NCBI GenBank assembly: GCA_002215645.1
Contig: NGFI01000005.1
Span: 114,678-178,677, forward strand
DNA: 64,000 nt
Reading direction: 5' to 3'
From: Gemmatimonadetes bacterium 2013_60CM_65_52
GTDB taxonomy: Bacteria > Gemmatimonadota > Gemmatimonadetes > Gemmatimonadales > Gemmatimonadaceae
Shown piece by piece: positions 57,002 through 64,000 of this stretch. Position 1 is the stretch's first letter, and every line of letters starts with the position of its first letter. The translations under genes were made by a program, and so were the position numbers. The notes under the pieces were generated by a model that worked only from the letters and a program-made list of their open reading frames with translations, did no database searches and had not been told where the DNA came from.

Positions 57002-57850
57002 ATGCAGGCACCCCATGCGGATGCAGACACCAGCGTCAAGGCCTCGACTCGGCTCGAGGAATGGCTGCGGGCACGCGGCCGTGTCGCCATCGGATTCAGT
57101 GGCGGCGTGGACTCCGCGTATCTGGCCGTGGAGGCTGTGCGCACGCTCGGTCCGATCAATGTCCTCGCGATCATCGGACGGAGCGCGTCGTATCCCGCGG
57201 ACCAATGGGCCGCGGCGCGCAGTGTCGCGGAGGCGTTCGGCGTGCCGGTGCTCGAGCTGGATACGCAGGAGTTGGACGACCCACGCTACGCGGCGAACCC
57301 ATCCAATCGCTGTTACTTCTGCAAGGCGGAGCTCTGGTCGAAGCTGGTGCCGGAAGCACACGGACGCGGGTTTCACACCGTGATCGACGGGACGAATGCT
57401 GACGACCTGATCGACTATCGGCCCGGCGCGCAGGCTGCGAGAGAGCAATCCATCGAGAGTCCTCTCGCGCTTCTCGGCTTTTCGAAGGCGGAGATTCGTG
57501 AACGGTCACGGGCGCTCGGCATTCCGACGTGGGCACAGCCGTCATCACCATGCCTTTCGTCGCGCCTGCCGTATGGAATCGCCGTCACTCCCGAGCGGCT
57601 CGGCATGGTGGAGCGCGCCGAGCGGGCGCTGCGGGAGCTGGGAATCGGTGGCGACCTGCGGGTCCGGCATCATGCGGATCTCGCACGCGTCGAACTGGCG
57701 CCCGGTCTGTTGGCGGAATGGCTCACCGCTGACGGAATGCGATCGATCGCCCGTGCCGTGCGCGGCGCGGGGTTCGCGCGGGTGACGCTCGATCTCCGTG
57801 GGTTCCGTTCGGGGTCTCTCAACGTCTTGCACGGCGTGAGCGCGGCGTGA
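57002..57850 (+). CDS. larE: ATP-dependent sacrificial sulfur transferase LarE family (PP-loop, TIGR00268-like)
   Basis: VAIGFSGGVDSAYLA is the PP-loop, followed by NRCYFCKAELW and QPSSPCLSSRLPYG (the LarE Cys-containing motif) and a C-terminal RVRHHADLARVEL. Confidence 0.82.
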   Translation: MQAPHADADTSVKASTRLEEWLRARGRVAIGFSGGVDSAYLAVEAVRTLGPINVLAIIGRSASYPADQWAAARSVAEAFGVPVLELDTQELDDPRYAANPSNRCYFCKAELWSKLVPEAHGRGFHTVIDGTNADDLIDYRPGAQAAREQSIESPLALLGFSKAEIRERSRALGIPTWAQPSSPCLSSRLPYGIAVTPERLGMVERAERALRELGIGGDLRVRHHADLARVELAPGLLAEWLTADGMRSIARAVRGAGFARVTLDLRGFRSGSLNVLHGVSAA

Positions 57851-58113
57851 GCATTCGCCGCGAGATGCCTGGCGGTCCGTCCGCGCTGGAGCGCGGGCTG
57901 ACGGAGCTGGGTGTTCCGTGCCGAGTCGAATCGAGAGCGGGGCTCGCTGTGCTCATCACGACGCCAGACGTGGCCGCGCGCCTCGGCGAGGCCGAGCTCC
58001 GCCGGCAGGCGCTCGCACTCGCGCGCGAGCACGGCTTCACGCACGTCGCCATCGAGCTGCGAAGTGACGCCGATGCCAAACACACTCCCGATGCGTCTCT
58101 TCCTGGCGCTTGA
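57847..58113 (+). CDS. hypothetical small protein
   Basis: The GTG start overlaps the larE stop (GTGA). The 88-aa product has plausible composition but no recognised domain. Its 3' end overlaps the thpR start by 23-41 nt. Confidence 0.35.
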   Translation: MSIRREMPGGPSALERGLTELGVPCRVESRAGLAVLITTPDVAARLGEAELRRQALALAREHGFTHVAIELRSDADAKHTPDASLPGA

Positions 58114-58654
58114 GCTGGGCGACGCGATTCTCGGGGAGTTGGCAGCGGCCATCGCGCCTTTGCGCGAAGCCGCGCCGGAGCTGGCGTGGACGCGCGACGA
58201 GCAGCGTCACCTGACCCTGAAGTTCTTCGGGTCCGTCGAGCCGGAGCGACTCGACGGGATCGTGCAAATGACCGAGACCATCGCGCGGACCCATCGCCCA
58301 TTCGCCATGGAAATCGGCGGCGTGGGCGCCTTTCCGAACTTTCGGCGGGCACGCGTCGTATGGGTCGGGGTAGAGCATGAGGCACGGCTGGAGCTGCTGC
58401 ATCACGACGTCGAGGTTGCCGCGGCCGAACTCGGATTCGAGATCGAGGGGCGTCCATTCCGGCCGCACGTTACGCTTGCGCGGACACGCACGCCCGAACC
58501 GGAAGATCGGGTCCGGCGTCTCGCGCGGGCGGCGAAGGCGGTAGACTTCGGCGCGAGCGTGACCGTCGCGGAGATGGTGCTGTTCGAGAGCGTGGTCGCG
58601 CCAGGTGGCGCGCAGTATCGGCAGGTGCACGTGGCGAACCTGGGAGGACGCTGA
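58073..58654 (+). CDS. thpR: RNA 2',3'-cyclic phosphodiesterase (2H family, ThpR/LigT)
   Basis: The two HxT/Sx motifs are HLTLKF and HVTLAR. MRLFLALELGD is the typical N-terminus. The ATG at 58073 (alternative 58091) lies inside ORF 57911..58654. Confidence 0.85.
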   Translation: MPNTLPMRLFLALELGDAILGELAAAIAPLREAAPELAWTRDEQRHLTLKFFGSVEPERLDGIVQMTETIARTHRPFAMEIGGVGAFPNFRRARVVWVGVEHEARLELLHHDVEVAAAELGFEIEGRPFRPHVTLARTRTPEPEDRVRRLARAAKAVDFGASVTVAEMVLFESVVAPGGAQYRQVHVANLGGR

Positions 58655-58657
58655 CCG

Positions 58658-59311
58658 ATGGGCTGTCTGCTTCGACTTGGCTGTCTATTCGTGCTGCTTT
58701 GCGTGGGCGTCGTCGCGTGGCTGACGCACGACAAGTGGATCGCGCGTGTTTCGGGCACACCGCCCACTGTATCGAGCACACCCGTGTGGGAGCCGTTGAC
58801 GCCAGAGGCGGGCGAGCGAGGCCACCGCGCCATCGAGGCATTGGCGAAGCCAACCGGTCCCGTGTTCGAGAATCTGCATGCGGGCGAAGTGGCGTCGTAC
58901 GTCTTCCAGTCGGTGGCGAAGACGATTCCTACCACCGCGGATAGCGCCCAGGCGGCGGTGATTGGCGACGCGCTGTTCGTGCGCGCAGTAGTGCCCGTTC
59001 GCGCACTCACCGGCACCGGCGCGCTCGGCCCTCTCGCCTCGCTCCTCAACGACCGCGAAACGCTCTCGTTCGGCGGGACGTTTCGAGTGATTCGACCGGG
59101 GCTCAGCGAGTTTCAGGTGCGCGAGATCAAGTTGCGGGACTTCAAGGTGCCGGCCGGCGCGGTGCCGCGCCTGCTGCGTCAGATCGACCACGGAAAGCGC
59201 CCCGAAGGTGTCGCCGCCGATGCCATTGCGGTTCCGACGCCCGCGTCGCTCGGCGACGTCCGCATCGCGAATGGACGCGTCACCCTCTACAAGACCACTG
59301 GCGCGCCATGA
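58658..59311 (+). CDS. hypothetical membrane-anchored protein
   Basis: N-terminal TM MGCLLRLGCLFVLLCVGVVAWL. The stop overlaps the next start (ATGA). No domain recognised. Confidence 0.55.
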   Translation: MGCLLRLGCLFVLLCVGVVAWLTHDKWIARVSGTPPTVSSTPVWEPLTPEAGERGHRAIEALAKPTGPVFENLHAGEVASYVFQSVAKTIPTTADSAQAAVIGDALFVRAVVPVRALTGTGALGPLASLLNDRETLSFGGTFRVIRPGLSEFQVREIKLRDFKVPAGAVPRLLRQIDHGKRPEGVAADAIAVPTPASLGDVRIANGRVTLYKTTGAP

Positions 59312-60723
59312 AGCGCCGGATCCTCATCGTCGACGACGAGCCGGGCATTCGTGCCGCGCTCGGCCAGTTGCTCGAGTTCGAGGGCTACGACGTCCGGAAC
59401 GCTGCCAATGCCGTGGACGGGCTGAGCGAGTACGCGCGCTTCCGCCCCCATCTCGTCTTCATGGACGTGAAGATGGCGGGCATCGATGGTCTGGAAGCGC
59501 TGCGCAAGCTGCGAGAGCAGGATCCGAACGCGGTCGTGGTGATGATCAGCGGCCACGCAACGATTCAAACGGCGGTGGAAGCGACGCAGCACGGGGCGTA
59601 CGACATCCTCGAGAAGCCGTTGGACACCGATCGCATTCTCGTCACCCTGAGAAATGCGCTGGCGCACCTCGATCTTTCGGCGGAGAACGAACGATTGCGC
59701 GACACGGTGCACTCGCGCTTCGCCATCGTGGGAAGCTCGTATGCGATCCGCGCCGTCACGGAGAAGATTGCCCTCGTCGCAAGGACACCTGCACGCGTGC
59801 TCGTGACGGGAGAGAACGGCACCGGCAAGGAGCTGGTCGCTCGAGCCATCCACGCACAGTCTACTCGCGCCAAGGCGCCGTTCGTCGAGGTCAACTGTGC
59901 GGCGATTCCCAGTGAGCTCATCGAGAGCGAGCTGTTCGGTCACATGAAGGGCTCGTTCACGGGCGCCGTTGCGGACCGGCCGGGCAAGTTCGAGCAGGCG
60001 GACCGCGGAACTATCTTTCTCGACGAGATCGGCGACATGAGTCTCGCGGCTCAGGCGAAGGTGCTCCGCGTGCTTCAGGACGGCGTCGTCACGCGCATCG
60101 GCGGTTCGAAGCCGTTGCAGGTGGACGTCCGTGTGCTCGCCGCGACGAACAAGAACGTGACGGACGAGATCGCCGCCGGGCGATTCCGCGAAGACCTCTA
60201 CTATCGGCTCAACGTCGTTCCCATCCACGTGCCGCCACTGCGCGAGCGACGCGAGGACATTCCGTCGCTCATCGGCCACTTCGCTGCGCAGCTCACGGGG
60301 CCAGGCGGGCTCGCGCCGCGCGCCATCGGCGACGATGCGGTGACGAGACTCTCGCAGCTCGATTGGCCCGGCAACGTGCGTGAGCTGCGCAACACGATCG
60401 AGCGCTTGCTCATCCTGAGCCCGGGACCACGCGTGGCTTCGGAGGACGTCGACCGCCTGGTGGGCCGGCACGGCGAGCCCGTGGAGGGAGGACTCGGGTC
60501 GCTGCTCGACATCGCCACGTTCGAGGACTTCAAGCACGCAGCGGAGCGGGCGTACCTCCTCGCCAAGCTGCGCGCATTCGACTGGAACGTCAGTGAAACG
60601 GCGCGCGCGCTCGACATGCCCCGGTCGAATCTCTACAAGAAGATCGAACGTTATGGACTGAACCGGGAGGGCGCTCCGGCCGTCCTGGCGGCGGCACCCG
60701 CGGACGAGGACACGGACTCATGA
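59308..60723 (+). CDS. sigma-54-dependent response regulator (NtrC family)
   Basis: The receiver is ILIVDDEPGIR...DVKMAGIDG. The AAA+ domain has VLVTGENGTGKELVARAIH, ESELFGHMKGSFTGA and FLDEIGDM. A C-terminal Fis-type HTH (NVSETARALDMPRSNLYKKI) follows. Confidence 0.92.
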   Translation: MKRRILIVDDEPGIRAALGQLLEFEGYDVRNAANAVDGLSEYARFRPHLVFMDVKMAGIDGLEALRKLREQDPNAVVVMISGHATIQTAVEATQHGAYDILEKPLDTDRILVTLRNALAHLDLSAENERLRDTVHSRFAIVGSSYAIRAVTEKIALVARTPARVLVTGENGTGKELVARAIHAQSTRAKAPFVEVNCAAIPSELIESELFGHMKGSFTGAVADRPGKFEQADRGTIFLDEIGDMSLAAQAKVLRVLQDGVVTRIGGSKPLQVDVRVLAATNKNVTDEIAAGRFREDLYYRLNVVPIHVPPLRERREDIPSLIGHFAAQLTGPGGLAPRAIGDDAVTRLSQLDWPGNVRELRNTIERLLILSPGPRVASEDVDRLVGRHGEPVEGGLGSLLDIATFEDFKHAAERAYLLAKLRAFDWNVSETARALDMPRSNLYKKIERYGLNREGAPAVLAAAPADEDTDS

Positions 60724-61220
60724 CCGACTGGGACGCGGAGCTCAAGAAGATCGACCGGCAGCTCGAGTCCATCTCGGACTCGGCGCTGAAGCCGATGCCG
60801 GCCAGGAGCGCGCCACCGCCGCCATCGCCGCCGAAAGCGGGCGTGCCACCGGCACGGGTCGAGGGCCGGACATGGCCAGCGCTCCTTCGTCTCGCTCTCG
60901 CCACCATGCTCGCGGTCGGCATTCTCTTCTGGCCGTACCCGTCGCGGTGCGGCCTCGGTCTCGCGGGATATCTGGCGGCGCTCACTGGCGTCACTGCGGC
61001 AGGGCTCTGGAGCAGCGTATGGACATGGCGTCACCGCACGCCGCGAGCCCACGTGATCTCATTGCTCCTGGTGGTGTACGGCATCACGCTCGCCGCCGTG
61101 GAGATTCTGCCACGCGTCGGTTACGCGAAGGCCGATATCCAGCGGCCGACTGGATTCTCGTGTGTGGCGCCCGCGGTGCCAGCGCCCGTCGCGCCGGCTC
61201 CACAACAGAAAACACGATAG
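60720..61220 (+). CDS. hypothetical membrane protein
   Basis: It has an ATGA overlap with the regulator gene, a Pro-rich linker and three predicted TM segments. No domain recognised. Confidence 0.5.
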   Translation: MTDWDAELKKIDRQLESISDSALKPMPARSAPPPPSPPKAGVPPARVEGRTWPALLRLALATMLAVGILFWPYPSRCGLGLAGYLAALTGVTAAGLWSSVWTWRHRTPRAHVISLLLVVYGITLAAVEILPRVGYAKADIQRPTGFSCVAPAVPAPVAPAPQQKTR

Positions 61221-61226
61221 AGCTCC

Positions 61227-63170
61227 ATGTCACGATTTCTTGCGCCGTGCTTGTTGTGTGTCGCGGCGGTTTGCGGCGCGCAGCCTCCAGCCACAACGGG
61301 CGACTGGTCGGCCTATGGCCGCGACGCGCTCGGCAGCCGCTTCTCACCGCTCACCGACATCACGGCGGCGAACGTCGGGCGGCTGTCGGTCGCATGGACC
61401 TATCGCACCGGCGACACCGCCACCTTGAGGCGGTCCACCGCCAAGTTCGAGGCGACGCCGTTGATGGTGGACGGCACCCTGTATCTCTCGACACCGTTCG
61501 GGCAAGTGATCGCGCTCGATCCCGCCACAGGGACGCCGCGCTGGACGTTCGACGGCAAGGTGGACCGCGGAGCATCGTGGGGCGACTTTGCAAACCGCGG
61601 CGTGTCCACATGGCTCGACATGTCCCGGCCTAACGGTGCCCCATGCCGGCGCCGCATCTACCTCGGCACGATCGATGCGCGGATCATCGCGCTCGACGCT
61701 AAGACAGGAGCGCCGTGCACGGACTTCGGCGACGGGGGCACCGTCTCGCTACGCAAAGGGCTGCTGAATACGCCCGCGTACCTGGAGGAGTACGAGCTCA
61801 CGTCGCCCCCCGCACTCGTGCGCGGTCTCGTCATCACCGGCTCCGCGATCGCGGACAACAATCGCACGAACGCAGCGAGCGGCGAGGTCCGTGCGTTCGA
61901 CGCGCGAACCGGCGCACTTCGGTGGACGTGGGATCCGGTACCGCGCGATTCGACGGATGCCGCATGGAGCAGTTGGCGCGGCGTGATGGCGCATACCACG
62001 GGCGCCGCCAATGCCTGGTCGATCATCGCGGCCGACTCGGCGCGCGATCTCGTCTTCGTGCCGACGGGCAGCGCCAGCCCGGACTATTACGGCGGAGAGC
62101 GTGCCGGCGACAACCGCTACGCCAACTCGATCGTCGCGTTGCGCGCGTCAACGGGAAAGGTCGTCTGGCACTTCCAGGCCGTGCATCACGATCTCTGGGA
62201 CTACGACGTCGCGTCGCCGCCGGCGCTCGTGACCATCACGCATGACGGCCGCCGACGAGACGTGGTGTTGCAAGCAACCAAGACTGGCCAGCTGTACGTG
62301 CTCGACCGGGACACCGGACAACCCGTGTTCCCCGTGGACGAGCGCTCAGTCCCGCAGAGCTCCATCTACGGCGAGCGCTCGTCGCCGACTCAGCCATTCA
62401 ACACGGTCATCCCTCCGCTCAGTCCGCAGGGGCTCGATACCGCCGATGTCTGGGGCGTCAACGCGGAGTCGCGGCAGTCGTGCCTCGATCAGATCACACC
62501 GCTGCGAAATGAAGGTCCGTTCACGCCGCCGAGCCTTCAGGGTACGTTGGTGCGGCCGTCGAACATCGGTGGTGCGCACTGGGGTGGTCTCGCGTTCGAT
62601 CCGGCGCGGCAGATCGCTGTCGTTCCAGTGAACACGCTCGCGGCCTTCGTGCAGCTCATTCGACTCGACCAGTTGGACACGACACAGGTGCGGCAGAACG
62701 AGTCGCGGCTCGACGACCAATACACGCGAATGCATGGCACTCCTTACGTGATGCGCCGCCGGATGCTCAAGGCGCCCAACGGACTGCCGTGCGTGGCACC
62801 GCCATGGGGCTCGCTCGTCGCCATCGACCTCGGCACGGGGGCCATGAAGTGGAACGTGCCGCTTGGAGACGGTCGGCTCCTGAAGCCACAGCTCGCCAGT
62901 CTCTTCAAGGCAACGACCGGGCTTCCGAATCTCGGCGGGCCTGTCGCGACGGCCGGAGGCCTCGTGTTCATCGGCGCTGCGATGGATCCCGTTCTGCGTG
63001 CATTCGAGACTGAAACGGGGCGAGAGGTGTGGAGTGGCGCGCTACCAGGAGGCGCGCGATCCACACCGATGACGTATCGCTACGAGGGACGCCAGTATGT
63101 CGTCGTCACCGTTGGCGGCGGTGAGGACTGGGGCAAGGGCGACTACGTGGTCGCTTTCGTCTTGCGCTGA
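61227..63170 (+). CDS. PQQ-dependent (quinoprotein) dehydrogenase, glucose/quinate dehydrogenase family, soluble with signal peptide
   Basis: Signal MSRFLAPCLLCVAAVCGAQP. GDWSAYGRDALGSRFSPLTDI, EATPLMVDGTLYLSTPFGQVIALD, repeated W-motif propeller blades and HDLWDYD are characteristic of PQQ beta-propeller dehydrogenases. Confidence 0.88.
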   Translation: MSRFLAPCLLCVAAVCGAQPPATTGDWSAYGRDALGSRFSPLTDITAANVGRLSVAWTYRTGDTATLRRSTAKFEATPLMVDGTLYLSTPFGQVIALDPATGTPRWTFDGKVDRGASWGDFANRGVSTWLDMSRPNGAPCRRRIYLGTIDARIIALDAKTGAPCTDFGDGGTVSLRKGLLNTPAYLEEYELTSPPALVRGLVITGSAIADNNRTNAASGEVRAFDARTGALRWTWDPVPRDSTDAAWSSWRGVMAHTTGAANAWSIIAADSARDLVFVPTGSASPDYYGGERAGDNRYANSIVALRASTGKVVWHFQAVHHDLWDYDVASPPALVTITHDGRRRDVVLQATKTGQLYVLDRDTGQPVFPVDERSVPQSSIYGERSSPTQPFNTVIPPLSPQGLDTADVWGVNAESRQSCLDQITPLRNEGPFTPPSLQGTLVRPSNIGGAHWGGLAFDPARQIAVVPVNTLAAFVQLIRLDQLDTTQVRQNESRLDDQYTRMHGTPYVMRRRMLKAPNGLPCVAPPWGSLVAIDLGTGAMKWNVPLGDGRLLKPQLASLFKATTGLPNLGGPVATAGGLVFIGAAMDPVLRAFETETGREVWSGALPGGARSTPMTYRYEGRQYVVVTVGGGEDWGKGDYVVAFVLR

Positions 63171-64000
63171 GTCGAGGTGCGTGGCGCGAGCAGCCAGCGC
63201 TTCGCGTCTTCCTGAGTCACGTTCCCGCCGCAGAGCGGAATGCCGAGGCGCGCACCCTTCCATCGCTTCGGTTGTTCGAGCAGGGCGGCGAGGCCAGCGG
63301 CGCCCGCCGGCTCGACGACGAGCCCGAGATGTCCGTGCAGCAGACGCATTGCGCGGATGATGCTTTCGTCGCTGACGCTGACGACTTCGTCCACCGTGTC
63401 CTTCATGCAGCTCACCGCGAATGGAACCGGCTCGCGTACCGCGATGCCGTCGGCGATGGTATTCGCCGTCGGGGTGGATACGGGCTCCTTCGCGGCGAAC
63501 GAGAGGCGCATCGACTGCGCGCCCTCCGGCACCACGCCGATGACGTGCGTGGACGGTTCCGCGTGCCGGAACCACGTACCGATACCCGTGACGAGCGCTC
63601 CGTTGCCGAGTGGAACGAGCATCGCTTCCGGAATTTGCCCGGCCTCGCTGAGCTCGAGCGCGATCGTTCCTGCACCTTCGGCGATTTCCGCGATGCCGCC
63701 GTCCTCGACGTAGTAGGCGTCGGTGGATGCAGCAAATCGGCGCGCGGCGTCTTTGGCCGCATCGAAGTCCGCGCCATACTGCCGCACCTCTGCGCCGAGG
63801 TCGCGCATTGCGGCGACTTTCAGTGGATTCGCATTGCGCGCGGCGAAGACGATGACCGGGCGCTTTCGTTTCGCGGCCGCGCGCGCGAGACCCTGGCCAA
63901 AGTTGCCGGCCGACGCGCACACGATGGTCCGGCGGTCCTTCATGCGTGCGATGACGAGGTCCGTTCCGCGTCCCTTGAACGAACGGATGGGATTCAGCGT
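63143..64000 (-). CDS. PLP-dependent threonine/serine dehydratase family enzyme; N-terminus outside the window
   Basis: The frame is open to the window edge. ...NPIRSFKGRGTDL carries the PLP-lysine motif, followed by ASAGNFGQG and VPLGNGALVTG (the Gly-rich phosphate loop). The 3' end overlaps the convergent PQQ dehydrogenase gene by 28 nt. Confidence 0.85.
   Translation of the reverse strand, partial: TLNPIRSFKGRGTDLVIARMKDRRTIVCASAGNFGQGLARAAAKRKRPVIVFAARNANPLKVAAMRDLGAEVRQYGADFDAAKDAARRFAASTDAYYVEDGGIAEIAEGAGTIALELSEAGQIPEAMLVPLGNGALVTGIGTWFRHAEPSTHVIGVVPEGAQSMRLSFAAKEPVSTPTANTIADGIAVREPVPFAVSCMKDTVDEVVSVSDESIIRAMRLLHGHLGLVVEPAGAAGLAALLEQPKRWKGARLGIPLCGGNVTQEDAKRWLLAPRTSTQRKTKATT

Overview
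High-GC, gene-dense bacterial chromosomal segment. I call about 55 protein-coding genes and found no rRNA, tRNA, CRISPR array, transposase or integrase. The gene content suggests a Gemmatimonadota/Acidobacteriota-like soil bacterium (inference only): CarboxypepD_reg-type outer-membrane receptors, CRTAC1/ASPIC-UnbV proteins, a DUF5916/CBM9 protein, and many Tat or lipoprotein signals. Most long antisense or off-frame ORFs in the track are GC-rich shadow ORFs. Many true starts lie inside the listed ORFs and were re-assigned from signal peptides, RBS and domain boundaries. Recognisable housekeeping and accessory genes include a Gfo/Idh/MocA oxidoreductase, two radical SAM enzymes, a multicopper oxidase, DlgD/YiaK, PAP2, an OmpA-like protein, ComM, VapBC, a hybrid histidine kinase, NRAMP, an RND pump, a LigC-like ligase with a stand-alone primase-polymerase, an ECF sigma operon, LarE, ThpR, an NtrC-type regulator and a PQQ dehydrogenase. 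The observations most worth follow-up are: (1) a CMD/AhpD-family gene (48766-49344, minus strand) that the ORF track splits at an in-frame TGA. The TGA sits exactly at the second Cys of the CxxC motif and is followed by a SECIS-like hairpin, so this is a probable selenoprotein. (2) A translationally coupled minus-strand operon of a glutaminase-less AsnB-like PP-loop enzyme, a radical SAM enzyme and a halogenase-like flavoprotein (51356-55217). A PadR gene and an unexplained 450-nt gap with small Cys-containing ORFs lie upstream. I do not recognise this as any characterised pathway. (3) An AT-rich, CTAG-dense palindrome island at the 5' end of a DUF234-type ATPase gene. (4) A three-gene envelope cassette of unknown function downstream of vapBC, containing two paralogous membrane proteins. 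(5) A Cys-rich Vps62/DUF946-like lipoprotein followed by two tandem paralogous small membrane proteins, laid out like a toxin with immunity genes. (6) A 16-bp AT-rich inverted-repeat motif, CTTAR-N6-YTAAG, that recurs upstream of four plus-strand transcription units.
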